DNA from: an uncultured delta proteobacterium
GTDB lineage: Bacteria > Desulfobacterota > Desulfobacteria > Desulfobacterales > Desulfatirhabdiaceae
Length of the DNA: 64,000 nt
Assembly: GCA_963789395.1 (NCBI GenBank)
Contig: CAWBKP010000014.1
Span: 288,001-352,000 of the forward strand
Direction of reading: 5' to 3'
In this document: in pieces, positions 1 to 9,165 of the stretch
How the letters are laid out: each line of letters opens with the position of its first letter
How positions within the stretch are numbered: position 1 is the first letter of the stretch
The notes under the pieces: generated by a model
What the model saw: the letters and a program-made list of their open reading frames with translations, nothing else
What the model was told of the DNA's origin: nothing
The model's database searches: none
Program-made: the position numbers and the translations under genes

Positions 1-196
1 CTGTTTCGATTCTGTCATGTGCTTCCACCAGCCCCACAACCACATCAATCTTTTCCTGCTTGATTCGGTGGCCCTCAAGCAGCATCTGCCATGTTTTCCC
101 GACACCCGGTCCATAGCCCAGGTATATTTTCAGCTTGCCGCGTTGAGAACGGCGGATCAACCTTAGAAAACTGAGAGCCTTGTCGTCGGATGTCAT
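1..196 (-). CDS. kdpD: KdpD N-terminal sensor domain (partial, runs off window)
   Basis: Manual translation MTSDDKALSFLRLIRRSQRGKLKIYLGYGPGVGKTWQMLLEGH...DVVVGLVEAH matches the KdpD N-terminal Walker-A-like motif; lies directly after kdpC. Confidence 0.9.
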   Translation of the reverse strand, partial: MTSDDKALSFLRLIRRSQRGKLKIYLGYGPGVGKTWQMLLEGHRIKQEKIDVVVGLVEAHDRIET

Positions 197-204
197 GGTG
201 TCGC

Positions 205-795
205 CTACCCTTTGCTTGCGTCTAAAGCCAGATTTAGTTCGAATACATTTACTCCGGGCTCGCCGAGAAAACCAAGGTCAGGTCCATCCGTATGGATACG
301 GATAAGGCTTTGCACCATATCTTCGGATAGCCCTCTTTCCCTGGCGACACGGGCAGACTGCATTTTGGCATTTGCAAGGCTGATATGCGGGTCCAGGCCG
401 CTGGCGGATGCTGTGATCGCATCTGCAGGGATTTTCACGGAAAGAGCAATGCCGTTCTCCGTGCGATACGCGGTAACACGTTTTTTTACTTGATCCATAA
501 GTTTCTGCGAAAGCGGCCCCAAATTACTGCCGCCCGAATTTGTCGCATCATACCCTTCACCCGCTGCCGATGGACGTGGATGAAAATACTGCGGCCCGCT
601 AAACCCCTGGGCAATCAGCCGGCTGCCAAGTACTTGACCATCACGAGTGACTATCGAACCATTTGCCCGGGAATAAAATCCGATTTGCGCAATTCCCCAT
701 ACAATCGCCGGATAAATGCCACATAATAAAACAGCCAAAACGACCGTGGTCAGAATGGCCGCTTTCACTTCTTTGATAAATGCTTCTGTTTTCAT
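205..795 (-). CDS. kdpC: K+-transporting ATPase subunit C
   Basis: YFHPRPSA, SGGSNLGP and SASGLDPHIS motifs; start placed at MKTEAF after AAGGAG RBS. Confidence 0.97.
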   Translation of the reverse strand: MKTEAFIKEVKAAILTTVVLAVLLCGIYPAIVWGIAQIGFYSRANGSIVTRDGQVLGSRLIAQGFSGPQYFHPRPSAAGEGYDATNSGGSNLGPLSQKLMDQVKKRVTAYRTENGIALSVKIPADAITASASGLDPHISLANAKMQSARVARERGLSEDMVQSLIRIHTDGPDLGFLGEPGVNVFELNLALDASKG

Positions 796-806
796 GAACA
801 TCTCCT

Positions 807-2831
807 TTAGGCCAAATGCAGCCATGTAATGGCAATATCAATTAGTTTGATGCCCAGAAAAGGGGCGATAATGCCGCCAAGCCCATAGATCAGAAGGTTC
901 CGCCGCAGAATAGCCACCGCACCTTTGGGTCTGAAAGTAACTCCCCGCAGGGCGATCGGAATCAAGGCGATGATGATCAGCGCATTGAAGATAACCGCGC
1001 TTAATATGGCGCTCTGGGAAGAATGCAGATTCATCACGTTAAGTGCTGCGATTTGCGGGAACGTTGCAACCAGCATGGCAGGGATAATGGCAAAATACTT
1101 GGCAACGTCATTGGCTACACTGAATGTTGTCAGTGCCCCGCGGGTCATGAGCAGCTGTTTGCCGATTTCAACGATTTCAATAAGTTTTGTTGGATTTGAG
1201 TCCAGATCCACCATGTTTCCAGCTTCCTTGGCGGCCTGGGTGCCGCTGTTCATGGCTACACCGACATCTGCCTGGGCAAGGGCTGGCGCATCGTTTGTCC
1301 CATCGCCTGTCATGGCCACCAGATGTCCTGCAACCTGCTCGCGGCGGATAAGAGACAGTTTATCTTCGGGCCGGGCTTCAGCCAGAAAGTCATCCACGCC
1401 GGCCTCTTTGGCAATGGTCGCTGCGGTCAGCGGATTGTCGCCTGTTATCATGATTGTACGGATACCCATGGCCCGAAACCGCTTAAAACGATCTGGGAGC
1501 CCACCTTTTACGATATCCTTCAGATAGACGACTCCATAAACGTTTTGGGAACTGGCGACAACCAGCGGGGTTCCGCCCATCTGGGAGATCCGATCGACAT
1601 CGGACTCGACTTCAGCCGGCAGGGCAGAACCAATAAATCCTCGAATCGCGTCAGCTGCTCCTTTTCTGTATAGCTGATCATCCACATCAACACCGCTCAT
1701 TCGTGTCTTGGCTGTAAAGGGAACGAACTGGGCATGGCTCAGGTCATGAAGCTGCCGTCCGCTAAGTCCATAGCTCTTTGCCAGAAAAACGATGCTTTTT
1801 CCTTCCGGGGTTTCGTCTGCAAATGAGGCCAATTGTGCAACCGCAGCAAGCTCTTCAATTTTGATCCCTGGAGCCGGAAAAAATTCCGTGGCCTGACGAT
1901 TGCCCATGGTAATCGTTCCGGTTTTATCCAGAAGCAGCACGTCCACGTCGCCCGCCGCTTCCACAGCGCGACCACTCATGGCCAGCACATTTTTTTGGAC
2001 CAGCCGGTCAATTCCCGCTATGCCGATCGCGCTAAGGAGTCCCCCGATCGTTGTGGGAATGAGACAAACGAGCAGTGACACTAGAACCGGTATGGAAAAC
2101 GTAACATGGGAATAACCGCCAAAAGGCTTCAGCGTCATGATTACGATGAGGAATATAATCGTCAGTGCAGCCAGCAGGATGGTCAGTGCGATTTCATTTG
2201 GTGTTTTCTGACGGCTTGCGCCTTCTACCAGGGCAATCATGTGGTCCATGAAGCTCTCTCCAGGATTGGCGGTAACGCGCACGACGATTTCATCGGAAAG
2301 AACCCGGGTGCCCCCGGTTACAGCACTTCGGTCGCCTCCCGCCTCCCGAATCACCGGCGCGGACTCACCCGTGATGGCGGACTCATCAACCGTTGCAGCT
2401 CCTTCAATCACTTCGCCGTCCATCGAAATCACCTCTCCGGCTTTTACGACTATGATATCGTCCTTTCGAAGTGACTCTGCGGCAACCGGCTCCAACTGAC
2501 CGCCTTTGCTCCGTCGATTGGCCTGAGTCTGGGTTCGGGCCTTACGCAGTGTTGCGGCCTGTGCCTTGCCCCGTCCTTCGGCCATTGCTTCTGCAAAATT
2601 GGCGAACAACACGGTAAACCACAGCCAGATAGCGATCTGTAGAATAAATACTACTGGTTGGCCATCGAAGGGCGCTGCTGCCAGTTCCACGGTTGTGACA
2701 ATAGCCCCGATAAGGGTCACAAACATCACGGGGTTTCTCACCATGCCGCGAGGACTGAGTTTGCGAATAGCATTTGCGACCGCAGGAACAAGAATGGACT
2801 TATCAAAAATGGAATGCGCCTTAGTTGACAT
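807..2831 (-). CDS. kdpB: K+-transporting P-type ATPase subunit B
   Basis: DKTGT phosphorylation motif, [12 protein letters not shown]; 674 aa. Confidence 0.99.
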   Translation of the reverse strand: MSTKAHSIFDKSILVPAVANAIRKLSPRGMVRNPVMFVTLIGAIVTTVELAAAPFDGQPVVFILQIAIWLWFTVLFANFAEAMAEGRGKAQAATLRKARTQTQANRRSKGGQLEPVAAESLRKDDIIVVKAGEVISMDGEVIEGAATVDESAITGESAPVIREAGGDRSAVTGGTRVLSDEIVVRVTANPGESFMDHMIALVEGASRQKTPNEIALTILLAALTIIFLIVIMTLKPFGGYSHVTFSIPVLVSLLVCLIPTTIGGLLSAIGIAGIDRLVQKNVLAMSGRAVEAAGDVDVLLLDKTGTITMGNRQATEFFPAPGIKIEELAAVAQLASFADETPEGKSIVFLAKSYGLSGRQLHDLSHAQFVPFTAKTRMSGVDVDDQLYRKGAADAIRGFIGSALPAEVESDVDRISQMGGTPLVVASSQNVYGVVYLKDIVKGGLPDRFKRFRAMGIRTIMITGDNPLTAATIAKEAGVDDFLAEARPEDKLSLIRREQVAGHLVAMTGDGTNDAPALAQADVGVAMNSGTQAAKEAGNMVDLDSNPTKLIEIVEIGKQLLMTRGALTTFSVANDVAKYFAIIPAMLVATFPQIAALNVMNLHSSQSAILSAVIFNALIIIALIPIALRGVTFRPKGAVAILRRNLLIYGLGGIIAPFLGIKLIDIAITWLHLA

Positions 2832-2840
2832 TTTTGCTCC

Positions 2841-4559
2841 TTAAAACAGATTGCTGGAATTCAACATCAGAAAATGTTCCACCACGGGTCCAAGGCTCAG
2901 GGCCGGCAGAAACGTAAGCGCCCCGACAAGCAGTATCGTTCCGACAAGAAGCAGCGTAAATGTCGGTCCGTATGCCGGAAAGCTGCCGGCGCTCTGGGGT
3001 ACAATCTTTTTTTTGGCAAGGCTGCCGGCAAGCGCCAGCACGGGGAGGATGACAAAAAATCGACCGCAAAGCATGGCTATCCCCAGTGTCGTATTGAACC
3101 AGGGGGTGTTGGCGGAAAGACCTGCAAACGCGCTGCCGTTGTTATTGATTGCAGAAGAAAATGCATACAGGATTTCGCTGAAACCGTGCGGCCCGCTGTT
3201 GTTTAAGCCTGCAATGCCCCACGGGCTGACCGTGGCCCAGGCGGTAAATCCGAGCAGCAGCACTGTGGGGATTAAAATGGCAAGTGCGGCAGCCTTGACA
3301 TCAAAGGCTTCGATTTTCTTTCCCAGATACTCAGGGGTGCGGCCGATCATCAAACCTGCAAGAAAAATCGACAGCACGACAAAGATCAACATGCCGTAAA
3401 GTCCTGAGCCAACTCCACCGAACGCCACCTCTCCCAATTGCATGTTAAACAGAGGTACCAGCCCACCCAAAGGTGTGAAGGAATCGTGCATCGCATTGAC
3501 AGCGCCGCATGATGCATCAGTTGTAATCGTTGCAAACAGAGCCGAATTGAAAATTCCGAAGCGGACTTCCTTTCCTTCCATATTGCCATAAGCCGCATCA
3601 ACACCCAGTGGTGTAAGACGGGGATTTCCCATGGATTCCGACCACCAGCAAACCAGAACACCTGCAAGAAAAAGCATGAACATGGCGGACCAGACGGACC
3701 AGCCATGTTTTTGATTCTTTACCATCCGTCCCAGGTAATAGGTCAGGCTGCTGGGGATTGCAAAGATCGCCAGCATTTGTAAAAAATTTGAAAGCGGTGT
3801 CGGATTTTCGTAAGGGTGTGCGGCATTGGCGTTCATGAAGCCGCCTCCATTGGTGCCCAGCATTTTTATTGCTACCTGGGAAGCTACTGGTCCCTGAGCA
3901 ATGGTTTGAACTGTTGCTGTATCGAGTGTTTTTGCTGCTGTGTATGGAGAAAAATTCTGGATCACTCCCTGAGAAACCAGAAAAACTGCAAACAACAGAC
4001 AAATAGGGAGATAAAGATAGAGACACTGGCGAATCAGATCCACCCAGAAATTGCCGATGCGTGCCGTCTTATCGCGGGCAATGCCTCGCACCAGCGCCGC
4101 GGCTACTGCGCATCCCACGGCGGACGATGCAAAATTATGAAAGGTAAGTGCGACCATCTGGGAAAAATATGACATTGTGCGCTCACCGGCATAGTTCTGC
4201 CAGTTGGTGTTTGTTGTAAAACTGGCACTTGTATTAAATGCCAGCTCCGGCGAAACCGGTCCGAATCCCTGAGGATTGAGAGGCAGTAACTGTTGAAGTC
4301 TCAATATGCCGTATGTAAACAGCATGCTAATGAAGCTGAAGATCAGAAGGGAATTTGCATAGCTTTTCCAGTCCTGTTCATCCCCCGGATTGATGCCGAG
4401 AAAACAATAAAACAGTCGCTCAATGGGCTTTAAAACAGGATCTAAAAATATCCTGGCGTCCGGATCGAATACACGCAACAGGTAAAGGCCAAGAGGCTTT
4501 GTCATGGCCGCAAGTGCTATGATGAAGACAAATAGTTGAAACACGTCCATCGGATTCAT
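2841..4559 (-). CDS. kdpA: K+-transporting ATPase subunit A
   Basis: SFTTNTNWQ, LGTNGGG, NNGSAFAGL selectivity-filter motifs; 572 aa. Confidence 0.99.
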   Translation of the reverse strand: MNPMDVFQLFVFIIALAAMTKPLGLYLLRVFDPDARIFLDPVLKPIERLFYCFLGINPGDEQDWKSYANSLLIFSFISMLFTYGILRLQQLLPLNPQGFGPVSPELAFNTSASFTTNTNWQNYAGERTMSYFSQMVALTFHNFASSAVGCAVAAALVRGIARDKTARIGNFWVDLIRQCLYLYLPICLLFAVFLVSQGVIQNFSPYTAAKTLDTATVQTIAQGPVASQVAIKMLGTNGGGFMNANAAHPYENPTPLSNFLQMLAIFAIPSSLTYYLGRMVKNQKHGWSVWSAMFMLFLAGVLVCWWSESMGNPRLTPLGVDAAYGNMEGKEVRFGIFNSALFATITTDASCGAVNAMHDSFTPLGGLVPLFNMQLGEVAFGGVGSGLYGMLIFVVLSIFLAGLMIGRTPEYLGKKIEAFDVKAAALAILIPTVLLLGFTAWATVSPWGIAGLNNSGPHGFSEILYAFSSAINNNGSAFAGLSANTPWFNTTLGIAMLCGRFFVILPVLALAGSLAKKKIVPQSAGSFPAYGPTFTLLLVGTILLVGALTFLPALSLGPVVEHFLMLNSSNLF

Positions 4560-4574
4560 AAATATCTCCTTTTT

Positions 4575-4658
4575 TCAGAATTTGTCAGGCCGTAAAAGCG
4601 CGACAAAGAGATATACGAGCAGACAAACAGAAACGAGACCCACAAGAATATCTTCCAT
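4575..4658 (-). CDS. kdpF: K+-transporting ATPase subunit F (27 aa; absent from ORF track)
   Basis: MEDILVGLVSVCLLVYLFVALLRPDKF* has the KdpF YL..AL.RP..F signature; GGAG RBS; immediately upstream of kdpA. Confidence 0.93.
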   Translation of the reverse strand: MEDILVGLVSVCLLVYLFVALLRPDKF

Positions 4659-4744
4659 TACGGTTTCTCCCTGAAAAGGAAAAGAACGTAAACGCCACAC
4701 AGTCCAAAGAACAGCACTGTGATACCGATATAAACAGCATCCAT
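4658..4744 (-). CDS. Small hydrophobic kdp-associated peptide (28 aa)
   Basis: MDAVYIGITVLFFGLCGVYVLFLFREKP*; GAAGGAG RBS; TAATG stop/start overlap with kdpF. Confidence 0.8.
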   Translation of the reverse strand: MDAVYIGITVLFFGLCGVYVLFLFREKP

Positions 4745-4817
4745 TTGAATCTCCTTCAACACATCAGGTAAATGACTAAAAACTGAAGAATTCCAATAAG
4801 TTCAGTCTGGCTTCTGG

Positions 4818-6635
4818 TTATACGGCAGCCTTTAGCGTAAATGAAAACCTGGTCCCTTTACCCATCTGACTAGAAACGTCAATGAGTCCGCCGTGGTTTT
4901 CGACAATTTCCTTGGCAATGGCAAGTCCCAAGCCTGTATCGCAGCGCCGATCCTGCTCTGGAACACAGAAGAATTTTTCAAAGATATGTGGCAGGTACTC
5001 TTCCGGAATTCCCGAGCCTGAGTCCTCAACAGTAAATCGGACCGTGCTCTCCTCAGAATGTGCGGTTATGCTAACCCGGCCGCCTGCGGACGTGTGTTTA
5101 AGTGCATTGCTCAGCAGGTTCTCAAATACATATCGGATGCGCAGCTCATCAGCCATAACCGGAGGGGTGCCCAGCTGTACATCAATATCAAGCGTGACCC
5201 CGTGATCCAAATAAGCGGTTCGCATCGCGTCAACAGAATTTAGAACCAACTGTTCTGCTGTCACAGGATGAAGTTGCATTCCCGATTGTCCTGATTCCAT
5301 CCGACTGATATCGAGCAAATTCTCAATGATCCGGTATAACCGGTCACTGTCTTCACGGGCTGTGGACAGGATTTCGATCTGTTTGGACGTCAGCGGGCCA
5401 AGTTTATCGCTTAACAGCACGTGCATTGCCAGCCGAATAGAAGTCAGCGGTGTTTTCAGCTGATGAGAAACCGTTGAAATCAATCCACGCTTTAATTCGT
5501 CCAGCTGGCGTATACACGTGAAATCCCTTAGAATGAGAGTAACACCTATTAATCGGGTTTCTTTTTCAAGAATCGGAATGGCTTCCGGCATAAAAAAAAG
5601 CTCTTCGCCATCCTGAAAGACCTGCACAAGGTCATCCGGGTTATTAGACCGAGTGGTTCGCAACTCGCCAGAAGCACGGGAGAATATTTCTTTGATTTTC
5701 TCACTTCCCGAAGCATCAACCGTACTTTCCGCCTTCAGTCCGAAGAGTCTTCGGGCCGCATCGTTTGCCATCTCGATTTCTCCATTCGGGCTGCAGATGG
5801 CAACAGCATCGGAAAGACTTTCAAGTGCAAGTTGCGTGGAGTACTGTGTGCGAAGCAGGAGCGCATGATCGTTTCGCCGAAACTTGCGCAGACTTTGAGC
5901 CATTTCATTAAACGCTTCTGCCAGTTGCCCCATCTCGTCTCTCGAATGAACGTTGACGACAAGGTCCAGATTTCCCTGCTTGATGTCGTGAACAGATCGC
6001 ATCAGGCCGGCAATCGGGCGGAAAATAGCCGGCCAGATTAAAAGGATGAAGACAACCGCAAGCGTGAATCCTGTGAATACCAGAAACAGGAGTGTTCGAC
6101 GGGTCTCAATGGCTCTAAGGCGCGTCTGTCCATCCACGGCGACCATATTGTTCAGATTGATATCGATGATTTTCTGAGCCGTATTGCGTAGTTCATCCGA
6201 ACACAGCAGAAGGCGGTTATGAAAATGGTCCAACCGCACATTTGCCGAATCCAAAGGCTTCAGGATTTCGTTAAATTCTTCCCGATATATCTTCCATTGT
6301 TCGGTCAAGCGTTCAGTCAACGCCTGCTCCCCTGATACAGTTACATTCTGTTGCTGGAATTGAAGGTTTTTTTCAAAATCGAGGCTGATAGCTTCGCTCT
6401 GGGCAGATGCGTCTTTAGGTATTTCCAACAGGGAATTCATCGCGATGCGATCCAGCTGATCGATGTTGCTTTTCATGCCATAACAGGCAACCACACTGTC
6501 ATAGTTCTCCCGAATAATTTGTTCGATGGCTTTACTGAAATCATTCGCAGTCCGGATACTCATTATGCCGACGACCAGCAGAATCGCCAATAACCCACAG
6601 AAACCAATGATCAATTTTGTCTTTAGACTCATCAT
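4818..6635 (-). CDS. Sensor histidine kinase (periplasmic helical domain, HAMP, PAS, HisKA, HATPase)
   Basis: Two TM segments, SRDEMGQLAEAFNEM HAMP, SHQLKTPLT H-box, NLLSNALK, DSGSGI and GLGLAI boxes. Confidence 0.95.
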   Translation of the reverse strand: MMSLKTKLIIGFCGLLAILLVVGIMSIRTANDFSKAIEQIIRENYDSVVACYGMKSNIDQLDRIAMNSLLEIPKDASAQSEAISLDFEKNLQFQQQNVTVSGEQALTERLTEQWKIYREEFNEILKPLDSANVRLDHFHNRLLLCSDELRNTAQKIIDINLNNMVAVDGQTRLRAIETRRTLLFLVFTGFTLAVVFILLIWPAIFRPIAGLMRSVHDIKQGNLDLVVNVHSRDEMGQLAEAFNEMAQSLRKFRRNDHALLLRTQYSTQLALESLSDAVAICSPNGEIEMANDAARRLFGLKAESTVDASGSEKIKEIFSRASGELRTTRSNNPDDLVQVFQDGEELFFMPEAIPILEKETRLIGVTLILRDFTCIRQLDELKRGLISTVSHQLKTPLTSIRLAMHVLLSDKLGPLTSKQIEILSTAREDSDRLYRIIENLLDISRMESGQSGMQLHPVTAEQLVLNSVDAMRTAYLDHGVTLDIDVQLGTPPVMADELRIRYVFENLLSNALKHTSAGGRVSITAHSEESTVRFTVEDSGSGIPEEYLPHIFEKFFCVPEQDRRCDTGLGLAIAKEIVENHGGLIDVSSQMGKGTRFSFTLKAAV

Positions 6636-6672
6636 ATTGCCTCTCCTTCACATAGATAGCGTTTATGAGAGA

Positions 6673-6688
6673 TGCAAGTCAGGTGCCA
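6673..6688 (-). promoter_or_regulatory. Sigma-54 (-24/-12) promoter of the HK-kdp operon
   Basis: Minus strand TGGCAC-CTGAC-TTGCA is a perfect TGGCAC-N5-TTGCW consensus, 38 nt upstream of the HK start and next to a sigma-54 activator gene. Confidence 0.88.
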
Positions 6689-6827
6689 GAAAACAACAGT
6701 AGAAAATCATAAGGTATATCGAATGGTTGTGAAAAATATTTTGCAGAGATGCAGGGGGAGAGGATTTCAAATTTCAGGAAAGAACAGGCCAAGACATTGC
6801 AAAATGAAAGGGGTCGGATGGCCGAGT

Positions 6828-8186
6828 TTAAATGCCGTATTGTTTCCGGCGCCGCCAGAGAGTCACCGGATCCATCCCCAGTACTTTTGCAGCCTCTTCA
6901 AATGATTTTGTGGAAGCAAGAATGCGGCGGATGTGGAGTTCTTCGATTTTTTCAAGTGAAACCAGATCGCCGACATTGGGTGTCAGCTCTGTTGATTTCA
7001 CCCGCATCGGCAAATGTGCCGCGTGGATATCGGCTCCATTTGATAGAAGAACCGCGCGTTCTATGGCGTTACGCAATTCGCGAACATTGCCTGGCCATTC
7101 GTAGGCCCTGAGGGCATCTCGCGCATCATCTGTCAGATGCAGCACTCCCCGGTGGTTCTGAAGGGCAAAAAAAACCAGGAGACTTTCGGCAAGCGGCAGA
7201 ATGTCTTCGTTGCGGTCCCGAAGCGGCGGAACTGAAATTTCCACAACATTCAACCGATAAAAGAGATCTTCACGAAATCGCCCATCCTTAACCGCTGTTT
7301 CCAGATTAATGTTTGTTGCGGCGATAACGCGAACATCTGCTTTGAAGGTGAGCACATCTCCCACCCGTTCATATGCTTTTTCCTGAAGAAACCGCAGCAG
7401 TTTGGGCTGGAGCGGCAATGGCAACTCTCCAATTTCATCCAGCAAAAGCGTTCCACCCGTGCAGGCTGCGATCCGTCCGGGAGCATCACGCAGCGCACCA
7501 GTAAACGCGCCTTTCACATGTCCGAAAAGCTCGCTCTCAAGAAGGTCCGGCGACAGTGATGGGCAAGAGACCGCACCGAATGGCTTTGCGGCGCGTCGAC
7601 TCCAGGAATGCATGGCGCGTGCAAGAATCGTCTTACCAGTCCCACTTTCGCCACTGATTAGAATCGTTGCATCGCTGTCAGCTACCTGGCGGGCCATTGC
7701 CAGGGTACGCTGCATGGCAGGGCTTGGACACGCCAGATCAGCTTCTGGAACTTCTGCGTTCAAAGCCCTCTGCAGCGTTTCCACCTTTTGTTCCAGCAAA
7801 CGCACTTCGGATACTTTTTGGACTAGAAGGGCAACATGTTCATGGGTGAATGGTTTCGGAAGATAATCAAAAGCGCCTCGTCGCATAGCTTCGACAGCCG
7901 AATCAATGGAGGCATATGCAGTAATGACAACAATCTTCAACCAGGGGCAGCCTGCCAACAGGGCTGGAATCAGTTCCATCCCGGATTCGGCTCCAAGTCG
8001 CAAATCAACAAATGCCAGATCAAAAAAGCGCAGGTTCGATTCATTCAAAGCATCTCGAGTATTTCCGACAGCCGAAACCAGGTGCCCTTCCGCCTCAAGA
8101 GCTATGGACAGTACCTTGCGGATATTGGGCTCATCATCCACAACGAGGATGGCAAGAGGTTTCGGACTTTTACCAGAGAAATCCAT
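6828..8186 (-). CDS. Sigma-54-dependent response regulator (REC-AAA+-Fis HTH)
   Basis: VVDDE receiver, GESGTGKT, GAFTGA, WPGNVREL, C-terminal HTH. Confidence 0.97.
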   Translation of the reverse strand: MDFSGKSPKPLAILVVDDEPNIRKVLSIALEAEGHLVSAVGNTRDALNESNLRFFDLAFVDLRLGAESGMELIPALLAGCPWLKIVVITAYASIDSAVEAMRRGAFDYLPKPFTHEHVALLVQKVSEVRLLEQKVETLQRALNAEVPEADLACPSPAMQRTLAMARQVADSDATILISGESGTGKTILARAMHSWSRRAAKPFGAVSCPSLSPDLLESELFGHVKGAFTGALRDAPGRIAACTGGTLLLDEIGELPLPLQPKLLRFLQEKAYERVGDVLTFKADVRVIAATNINLETAVKDGRFREDLFYRLNVVEISVPPLRDRNEDILPLAESLLVFFALQNHRGVLHLTDDARDALRAYEWPGNVRELRNAIERAVLLSNGADIHAAHLPMRVKSTELTPNVGDLVSLEKIEELHIRRILASTKSFEEAAKVLGMDPVTLWRRRKQYGI

Positions 8187-8436
8187 TTCAAATCCTGTTA
8201 TGACGTTATCTTTCTTTCATCGGTAAAAAATTACATCAATCATTGTGTGTAAAAAACCGCAAAATCGTTTTTCGCCCCAAAATCGGCACTGGCATTGGAC
8301 TGGTGCAATCTGTCGACAGGTTATAGAAGAAGCCCTTATACTTATCACTGAACGATCGAATGCTATGCACCGCTGACCCGATTATTAAGGTATGAAATCA
8401 GGCGCCTGCAACGTAGATTTAGACGTTACGCCATTC

Positions 8437-9156
8437 TTAATTTAAATCCCGCTTGCCACCCCCGTGCTGTCCTGCAGGCTCCTCCATGTCCGGTCCAAGA
8501 TCGATCTTGCCGAATTTGTCCCAGGAAGTAGTCCTCTCCAGGTTTGCCTGGGCAGGTTTGAAAGTAGGATCGATATTCAGCGCCGCACGATAGAATTTCT
8601 GTGCACCCAACCAGTCACGATTGATCTCAAGCAACGCTCCAAGAAGGTTATATGCCTCTGGTTGGGCCGGATCAACTGCGATGGCTTTACGGACAATTTC
8701 ACGGGAGATGGCGAAATTTCTGTCCGAGATATTACGCTTGGTCAGTTCGATCAGTGAACGGTAATCAACTGCATTCGCTTCATCCATCGACTCACGCTTC
8801 ATCACCAATGTTACCAGTTCCCGAATTTCGCCTGGACTGAAGGGCTTTTGAATGAAGTCCACGGCACCGAGCTTCATGGCCTCTACCGCGGATTCGATGG
8901 ATCCGTGAGCGGTGATGATGATCACTCGGGTTTTAGGCCACTTCTCTTTGATTCGTCGCAGGGTCTCCATTCCATCCATTCCTGGCATCTTCAAGTCAAG
9001 TAACACTAGTCCAAAGGTTTTTTCACTCAGCTTCTGAAGTGCATCTTCGCCGTTCACCGCTGCCTGAACCGGAAATTCAAGGGGTTCCAATGATCGGGAC
9101 AAGGTCAGACGGATGTTTTTTTCATCGTCTACGACCAGAATCGGTTTGTTTTCCAT
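8437..9156 (-). CDS. Response regulator with C-terminal TPR-like domain
   Basis: REC motifs (VVDDE, LLDLKMP, KPF) followed by a TPR-like segment (DPAQPEAYNLLGALLE...YRAALNIDP). Confidence 0.9.
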   Translation of the reverse strand: MENKPILVVDDEKNIRLTLSRSLEPLEFPVQAAVNGEDALQKLSEKTFGLVLLDLKMPGMDGMETLRRIKEKWPKTRVIIITAHGSIESAVEAMKLGAVDFIQKPFSPGEIRELVTLVMKRESMDEANAVDYRSLIELTKRNISDRNFAISREIVRKAIAVDPAQPEAYNLLGALLEINRDWLGAQKFYRAALNIDPTFKPAQANLERTTSWDKFGKIDLGPDMEEPAGQHGGGKRDLN

Positions 9157-9165
9157 GGGCTTCTC

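Noticed and set aside
8345..8432. Possible additional attC (CGTAAC...GTTCAGT) after the REC-TPR gene
   Set aside because: L boxes do not pair
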